The notes under the pieces are model-generated. The model did not search any database, was not told the DNA's origin, and saw nothing but the letters and a program-made list of their open reading frames with translations. A program made the position numbers and the translations under genes. A DNA stretch of 64,000 nucleotides from Candidatus Blackburnbacteria bacterium (GTDB taxonomy: Bacteria; Patescibacteriota; Microgenomatia; UBA8517; UBA10165): positions 226,577-290,576 of the forward strand of contig JACPEJ010000001.1 of assembly GCA_016183565.1 (NCBI GenBank), written 5' to 3'. Positions 58,061 through 64,000 of the stretch are shown in pieces; the first letter of the stretch is position 1, and each line of letters opens with the position of its first letter.

Positions 58061-61000
58061 ATGAAGATTGGAATATATAGTAGAATACTATCTTCAGCGT
58101 TAGTTCTTTCTTTGGTTTTTACACAAGGTGTTTTCCCCTCATTGGTTATTGCTCAAGAGGCAACTCAACCAGCTGAATTATTTAGTGGAATTGACGGCCA
58201 GGAACAGCAAACGCAGTTAACTTTAGAAATTACTCCTACACCATCAATAACTCCTACTGATACCCCAACTCCCACTGCAACCACAACCCCTACCACTACT
58301 CCAGAACCAAACCCTACGCCAACACCATTAAATCCACAAGCGCTATGGACAAATAATAATGATTCATACACAACAGAAATACTAAAATTAGGTGTAACCT
58401 ATAAATTCCCTCTTAACGAAAAAGTCAGTTTAACATTTACCAAACTTCCTACTGAATCTGGCACTGTCACGGTTACAGAACATGATGCGCCTGCCACTAT
58501 CAACAATCCAGGCAGCAAAGATTATGAAATTACTTCAACAATGGAGAATGGTAGTTTCGAATTTGACTTAACTCTACCAACTAATGATCCCAATAAAAAC
58601 GTTCTTTCCTCCCAGGATGGACAAAATTATTCTCCTCTTAATAATGAAAAAATAACATCTTTAGATGCGGTCACTATTAAAGGCATCAATCATCTAACCC
58701 ATTTTTTAGTAGGGGAGTTAAATAATTCTAATGATACTAAACATCCGGTTATTAATGAGTTCTTTTCTAGTGGATCAAACGACTGGATAGAATTATATAA
58801 CCCTAGAGCGGACCCAATAGATTTGTCTGGGTGGAAGTTGGATGATAACGGAGGTACCTCAGCTGTATATACCTTTGGCTCGGTAACTATCCCGGCGGGA
58901 GGGTTTGTCCTACAAGGTGGTACTTTCGGCTTAAACAATGACGGAGATACGGTAAGGCTTATCGACTCCTCAGGCAATACTAGAGACGCTGTTCCATATG
59001 GATCAGAACCTAATGCTTTATTAGCAGCCCCAAGTTCATCCCAATCTGGTAGACGAATAATCAATAGCGGAACTACCTGGGAAATATCATCTAATATTAC
59101 TCAAGGTTTTACTAACGAGAATTCCATTATTTATGTTGATGACAGTTACACAGAAGGCAGCGAATTCGGCACCACTACTTTTCCATTTAACACCATCCAG
59201 GAAGGAGTTAATGCGGTTATATCCGGCGGTACAGTCAATGTGGCGGCGGGAACATACACAGAATCTGTTGTTGTAAATAAAACTTTGACATTGTCTGGGG
59301 TTGGTGCAACCACTGTTATTAGTCCAACAGTTGACCAGGATGGTATTAAAGTTACAGCAAACAATGTGGTAATAAAGGACTTAAAAGTTGTTACGTCTAA
59401 TTCTGGTGTTACTCCTAATATTGCAGTTCGGATTGAGGGAACAAGCGGAGTTGAAATTAGCGGCAATGTGATTGAAACTACCGGCAACAAAGCCATGGGA
59501 ATTTGGATCTGTGGCACTACTTCCGGTTGCTCAACGACCAGCAACCTAACTATAAAAAAGAATACGATTACAATTAATGACTCCGCAACTGGTATTTATG
59601 CCGAAGAAGCCAGTCCTGCGCATGCTGGTTGGACAATTGGGGGGACAAGTACCTCTAACGCCAATACTATTACAGCTAATTTAGGCAATCCTTTAGAGCT
59701 TTATGATGTGTCAGCCTCAGAAGTTAGTTACAATAACCTTACTACAGCTGCGACGGGCGGATCTAATGTTATATGGTCAAGCCAATTATCTGATATCTCC
59801 AACTTGGTGTTTAAAAATAACACAGTTGTCGGCTCCGGAGGTAGTCAGGTTGCTTTCTTGACAGACTTTCTTGTTCTCGGTGACGGTTTGGCGAATACCC
59901 ATGTAAGTATCGTGACAATTTCAGAGAATACTTTTAGTAGTTGGGGTTCAAGAGCGTTAAGAATTGGAGATGGAGCTGGTGTAAACGGAACAACTGTTAC
60001 TGGAGTTACTATTAGTTCAAACACGTTTAATATGACCGCTGACCCGGAAGTTATTGGAGGTACGGCTGGTGGCAGTGCGACCGGAACTGGAAATACATTC
60101 AACGTAAGTGGAACAGCAAAAATCCAAAAAGCCATTGATGCTGCTAGAACCAACGATATAATCAACGTAGCAGTAGGAACATATACCGAGGACTTAACGA
60201 TTGCTTCGGGCAAGACGAATCTTGAACTGTCGGGGACTGGTTCACCAACTATTAAGGGCGTTTCAACAGTCCCCGTTGCGAATTATCCCCAAGCAGTGCC
60301 AAATATAGAAATTTTAGCAAGCGGAGTAAAGCTTCATGGCTTTACTATCGAAGGGCCTGATTATTCTGCCAGTACTTATGCAAGCGGTATGATTGTTGGT
60401 AGCTCAAACGTAGAAATTTACTCAAACGCTTTTAGGGTGCCTACGTACAGTAATGGTAATACTGCTATGAGCAATGCTATTCAAACTTGGCATAAGAATA
60501 ACAAACCAACTGTTGATATTTCAGGTCTGAATATCCATGACAATACTTTTGCTGGTTTGTCTTCTGAAAATGCTGGTTATGAGGGTATTTATCTAAACTT
60601 GGATACAGGCACTAGTGTTGCAACGATTCAAAATAATATTTTTACAGGCAATATTTTTCGTGCTATTACCACAGAAAGATCCAAGACTACTATTACTGGC
60701 AACACAATAACCAACAATCTTCCTGCAAGTGGTGGTAGTTATACGGGTACTGGTGGGTGGCAAGGTATAAATATAGGTGGTGCAAATGACTTTGGGGCGG
60801 TGACAGACATTTTGGTTTCTGCTAACACAATAACTGGGTCTAGTGAAGACAGAGGTTTTTCCTATGGTGTGAAACTAGGATTTAACTCGGTAAATGCGTT
60901 TAGTGGAGTTTCGGTGACAAACAACACAATACACAGAGCTGGTATTGCAGGAGTTCGGGTAATGCACACTGCAAACGGGATTTTGGCGAACACCAACGAT

Positions 61001-64000
61001 TTGTCTGATAATGTTTTGGGTGCAAAAAATGAAGATGCTACAAATATTCTTAATGCAATTAACAACTGGTGGGGAGTTGCGAGTCCGAGTTGGGCAAGTA
61101 CTGTTTTTGGGCTTGTCAGTTATGATCCTTGGTGGATGGATGCTAATAAAACGCTTCCATCAACATTTATTAACACCTTCAATACCATCCATGACGACCT
61201 TGTTGACCAAGATATAGAAAATAATATCGATACTTGTGGCACTCATCCAAATTCCTGCTCTGGGTTATATTTTAAAAAGGTGGTTAACGGAATCTCCCTG
61301 GGGAAACTGTTCTTTACCAATACGCTTGATTTAACCAGCAATGAAACAACAACATTTCTACAAAATCTTGGTAACAAACTTGAACAAGGCAGTGGTAGAA
61401 TTGCCTTTGATGCCAGAGAGTCATCATTATTTTCTGCCACCGGCGCCACTCTGGAAATGTATAACTTGCCTGTTGTTACCCAGTCAAACCTGGTTGTTAG
61501 AAATGATACTGGAACAATACTTGACCAGACAGGACTAATCAGTAATTTTAGCTATAGTACTGGACCAAATGCAGACGGAGACACCAATATTGTTTCTTTC
61601 AATGCTGCCCACTTCACGCAATTTGATATTGATACCACAAAACCGACAACTTTGGATAATGTTGATGGCGCATGGCACAACACAACTCAAACTATCACAT
61701 TAACATGCATCGATAATCTGTCCGGTTGTGACAAAACCTATTACACCACAGACGGAAGCATACCCACCACCAGTTCTTCCCAAGGCAATTCTGTTGTATT
61801 AGCTACGGACGGTACTTATACTATTAAATATTTCTCAGTTGATAAAGCTGGAAACGCAGAAGAGGTAAAAACCTCTGCCAACCAGATAAGAATTGACAAG
61901 ACCAATCCCGATGCTCCAATTGTTACTTCTATAGCAACTGATAATAAAATAAACAATGCAGAAAAATCAGCTATTGTGGTTACGGGAACTGCTGAGGCCA
62001 ACTCTTTGGTTAGCGTCACTTTAAGTGATGGCGCTAACAGTGTTACTAATACTCAACAATTAACCAATGGCGCTGCTAATTTTTCTGTTACTCTTAATGG
62101 GGCTAATGCTTTGCCAGCTGGTTTAACTGATGGTACTATTACTCCTTCTGTCACAGCCAAAGATGCTGCTAATAATGTTAGTAATCCTGCCACTACTCCC
62201 ATAGCTATTCTAGATACTGCTTCTCCTTTAGCGCCAAATATTACTCTACTTGATCCAATCAATAATTCTAATAAAACCGCAGTCACTATCACAGGCACAG
62301 GAGAAGCAAATGCAGCTATCAACTACACAATTACTGACAGCACTAACACAATCACTGGCACTTCTACTGTTAATAATGAAGGTGTAATTAATATCACCGG
62401 TATTAATGTATCAACGCTTATTGACGGAACACTTACCGCTAGTGTTACTATAATTGATACGGCAGGAAATATTAGCACTACTGGTGCTGATAGCGCTGCT
62501 AAAGACGCTGTTATTCCCAGTTTGTCCTCTGTAGGCCTATCTTCCAGTAATTCCAACAACGCCGCAGCAAAAGTAGGTGATACTGCTACTCTCACTTTTG
62601 TCTCTTCTGAATCTATTCAAGCGCCTACGGTGACAATTGCTGGTCATACCGTTACAGCTACTAATACTACTGGTAATACTTGGACTGCTATCTATACTCT
62701 GACACCAACGGACACAGAAGGGGTAGTTATTTTAACTATTGGGTTTGTTGACATAGTAGGAAATGCAGGAAATACAGTCAATGCCACGACAAATAACTCT
62801 TCTGTATTGTTTGATAAAACTGCTCCTTCTCAAATAGTAGCCAATCCGATTGCTGGATCTTATTCTTCAGCTCAAACTATTAGTTTTACCAGTAGCGGTA
62901 GTTCTGTCATTATGTATAGCACCACACAAACATTAAGTGGGTGTGCTTTTGGTAATGTTTATTCCTCACCTATTACCATCTCCTCGTCTACGAATCTTTT
63001 CACAATTTCGTGTGATGACGCTGGTAATAGCAGTAAGGCTGATTTTAGCTATACTATTGGTAACACTAATTTACAGCCGCCTTCAGAGAATCTTGGCCAG
63101 GTTTCCACTCCTGCCACTGTTATGTTAAATAATAATGCCAGTTTAGATGTAAGTGGTGGTCGGAATATAGCGGTAGGAGGGATTATAAAAGTCGATGGGG
63201 TGGATAAATCCCTGAGCAGTTTTTCTAGTAATGATCTGAGTAATAAAGATTTGACTGTTCCTCAATCGGTAGGTGGGCAATTAATTACTATTAATCAAGC
63301 TGTGAAGCTTGAGTCGACTTCTGATATTAGTTTGGCTAATGCTGATTTGACAAATGTTAATGTTTCTATTCCGAACAATACTACGGTTTTAGCGCCAACT
63401 GGGTGGGATGGTAGGATTCAACCGCCTAAGGCTGTTGGGGGTTCTGGTAGTGCACCAACGGGGTTTTCTTTGGGCAATACAGTTATTGAGGTTGGGTCAG
63501 CTGATACAGTACTGCTTTTTGACAAACCCGTTGTTGTAACTCTAAGCGGGGTTACGGGGGATGTGGGCTACAAAGCTGCAGGATCGACGACTTGGCACAA
63601 GATAGATACGATTTGTAATAGTTACGATAGTCCAACGAATGTTGTGTTTCCTGGAGAGTGTCGTGTTTCGAATGGCACGGACACGCGGATATACACTTAT
63701 CACTTCACGACTTTTGGTTCGTTGGATGTTGCTCCTGTGGTTTCTGGTGAAGGTTCTGTTGGGGGAGTAAGTGGTTTGTCAGCAAGTGGGGCCCCGGTTT
63801 GCGTGGACACTAAGCCTTCGAGTGCTCCTAAGCTTCTTTCAGCACAAATCACAGGTTTTAATGAGGTTACTTTAACATGGTCTCCTGCTTCGGATCCTGT
63901 TACATATTATTTAGTGGCCTATGGAACGAAATCGGGAGAGCTTGTTTATGGGAATCCGGATGTGGGAGGTAGGGGTACGACGAGTTTTACAGTTGAAGGA
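58061..64000 (+). CDS. giant secreted surface protein (>1980 aa; 3' end beyond the window): signal peptide, Thr/Pro linker, lamin-tail domain, parallel beta-helix repeats, Big/chitobiase-C-like Ig domains, FN3
   Basis: open frame 2 from ATG 58061 to the window end, not listed in the ORF track; LTD motif INEFFSSGSNDWIELYNPRADPIDLSGWKLDD; beta-helix repeats NVAAGTYTESVVVNKTLTLSG; YTTDGSIPT...YTIKYFSVDKAGNAE. Confidence 0.8.
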   Translation, partial: MKIGIYSRILSSALVLSLVFTQGVFPSLVIAQEATQPAELFSGIDGQEQQTQLTLEITPTPSITPTDTPTPTATTTPTTTPEPNPTPTPLNPQALWTNNNDSYTTEILKLGVTYKFPLNEKVSLTFTKLPTESGTVTVTEHDAPATINNPGSKDYEITSTMENGSFEFDLTLPTNDPNKNVLSSQDGQNYSPLNNEKITSLDAVTIKGINHLTHFLVGELNNSNDTKHPVINEFFSSGSNDWIELYNPRADPIDLSGWKLDDNGGTSAVYTFGSVTIPAGGFVLQGGTFGLNNDGDTVRLIDSSGNTRDAVPYGSEPNALLAAPSSSQSGRRIINSGTTWEISSNITQGFTNENSIIYVDDSYTEGSEFGTTTFPFNTIQEGVNAVISGGTVNVAAGTYTESVVVNKTLTLSGVGATTVISPTVDQDGIKVTANNVVIKDLKVVTSNSGVTPNIAVRIEGTSGVEISGNVIETTGNKAMGIWICGTTSGCSTTSNLTIKKNTITINDSATGIYAEEASPAHAGWTIGGTSTSNANTITANLGNPLELYDVSASEVSYNNLTTAATGGSNVIWSSQLSDISNLVFKNNTVVGSGGSQVAFLTDFLVLGDGLANTHVSIVTISENTFSSWGSRALRIGDGAGVNGTTVTGVTISSNTFNMTADPEVIGGTAGGSATGTGNTFNVSGTAKIQKAIDAARTNDIINVAVGTYTEDLTIASGKTNLELSGTGSPTIKGVSTVPVANYPQAVPNIEILASGVKLHGFTIEGPDYSASTYASGMIVGSSNVEIYSNAFRVPTYSNGNTAMSNAIQTWHKNNKPTVDISGLNIHDNTFAGLSSENAGYEGIYLNLDTGTSVATIQNNIFTGNIFRAITTERSKTTITGNTITNNLPASGGSYTGTGGWQGINIGGANDFGAVTDILVSANTITGSSEDRGFSYGVKLGFNSVNAFSGVSVTNNTIHRAGIAGVRVMHTANGILANTNDLSDNVLGAKNEDATNILNAINNWWGVASPSWASTVFGLVSYDPWWMDANKTLPSTFINTFNTIHDDLVDQDIENNIDTCGTHPNSCSGLYFKKVVNGISLGKLFFTNTLDLTSNETTTFLQNLGNKLEQGSGRIAFDARESSLFSATGATLEMYNLPVVTQSNLVVRNDTGTILDQTGLISNFSYSTGPNADGDTNIVSFNAAHFTQFDIDTTKPTTLDNVDGAWHNTTQTITLTCIDNLSGCDKTYYTTDGSIPTTSSSQGNSVVLATDGTYTIKYFSVDKAGNAEEVKTSANQIRIDKTNPDAPIVTSIATDNKINNAEKSAIVVTGTAEANSLVSVTLSDGANSVTNTQQLTNGAANFSVTLNGANALPAGLTDGTITPSVTAKDAANNVSNPATTPIAILDTASPLAPNITLLDPINNSNKTAVTITGTGEANAAINYTITDSTNTITGTSTVNNEGVINITGINVSTLIDGTLTASVTIIDTAGNISTTGADSAAKDAVIPSLSSVGLSSSNSNNAAAKVGDTATLTFVSSESIQAPTVTIAGHTVTATNTTGNTWTAIYTLTPTDTEGVVILTIGFVDIVGNAGNTVNATTNNSSVLFDKTAPSQIVANPIAGSYSSAQTISFTSSGSSVIMYSTTQTLSGCAFGNVYSSPITISSSTNLFTISCDDAGNSSKADFSYTIGNTNLQPPSENLGQVSTPATVMLNNNASLDVSGGRNIAVGGIIKVDGVDKSLSSFSSNDLSNKDLTVPQSVGGQLITINQAVKLESTSDISLANADLTNVNVSIPNNTTVLAPTGWDGRIQPPKAVGGSGSAPTGFSLGNTVIEVGSADTVLLFDKPVVVTLSGVTGDVGYKAAGSTTWHKIDTICNSYDSPTNVVFPGECRVSNGTDTRIYTYHFTTFGSLDVAPVVSGEGSVGGVSGLSASGAPVCVDTKPSSAPKLLSAQITGFNEVTLTWSPASDPVTYYLVAYGTKSGELVYGNPDVGGRGTTSFTVEG

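Noticed and set aside
58165-62595. Many minus-strand ORFs (e.g. 58165-58371 GVGVGFGSGVVVGVVVAVG..., 59146-59544, 62053-62595)
   Set aside because: They are shadow ORFs antisense to the long open + frame of the giant surface-protein gene. They are low complexity, and the Thr/Pro linker reads as a Gly/Val run on the opposite strand.
1-64000. CRISPR arrays, rRNA genes, transposases and integrases
   Set aside because: I found no regularly spaced direct repeats of 24-48 nt. No 16S/23S/5S signatures were seen apart from the anti-SD-like string atcacctcc at ~47230, which is part of a hairpin. No DDE or tyrosine recombinase ORFs were seen. I therefore did not call any.

Overview
This window is a low-GC bacterial segment whose gene content and small, extended ribosomal proteins suggest a Patescibacteria/CPR-like genome (inference).

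Positions 1-22540 are one continuous translation supercluster on the + strand: rpsG(partial)-[inserted membrane protein]-fusA-tuf-rpsJ-[VapBC on the opposite strand]-rplC...rplO-secY-adk-map-infA-rpmJ-rpsM-rpsK-rpsD-rpoA-rplQ-rplM-rpsI. Positions 22539-58000 are housekeeping genes: murI, recA-recX, rny, hup, speH, miaA, an RNase P RNA on the minus strand, capA, comM, secDF, cca, recJ, aspS, gltX and a DD-carboxypeptidase. Several small accessory modules are interspersed among them. From 58061 to the window end runs a giant (>1980 aa) secreted surface protein.

Non-ORF features I could support are a tRNA-Pro(GGG) at 23398-23468, RNase P RNA at 32886-33334 (-), an unannotated L36 gene, several sigma70-like promoters, intrinsic terminators, and four families of dispersed repeats.

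The most interesting candidate is a tRNA-Pro-linked, higher-GC island (23540-26901) wedged between murI and recA. It encodes a DinD/Bro-N-like protein, a 160-aa unknown, and a ~585-aa protein whose C-terminal ~85 aa is a clear RelE/ParE-type mRNA-interferase domain with catalytic residues apparently retained. No standalone antitoxin is adjacent.

Other notable items:
- a GC-rich ~130-165 nt structured element present once intergenically and once in-frame inside recJ;
- a recurring ~60 nt 5'-leader motif, present four times;
- paired hairpin repeats embedded at r-protein gene junctions;
- a BrnTA cassette flanked by a duplicated secF 3' end;
- a fusion of a winged helix-turn-helix (wHTH) domain with a nucleotidyltransferase-like domain, plus a neighbouring AbrB-like protein;
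- a small-protein/retropepsin-like pair.

All calls rest on reading the translated ORFs and the sequence by eye. No database search was run.
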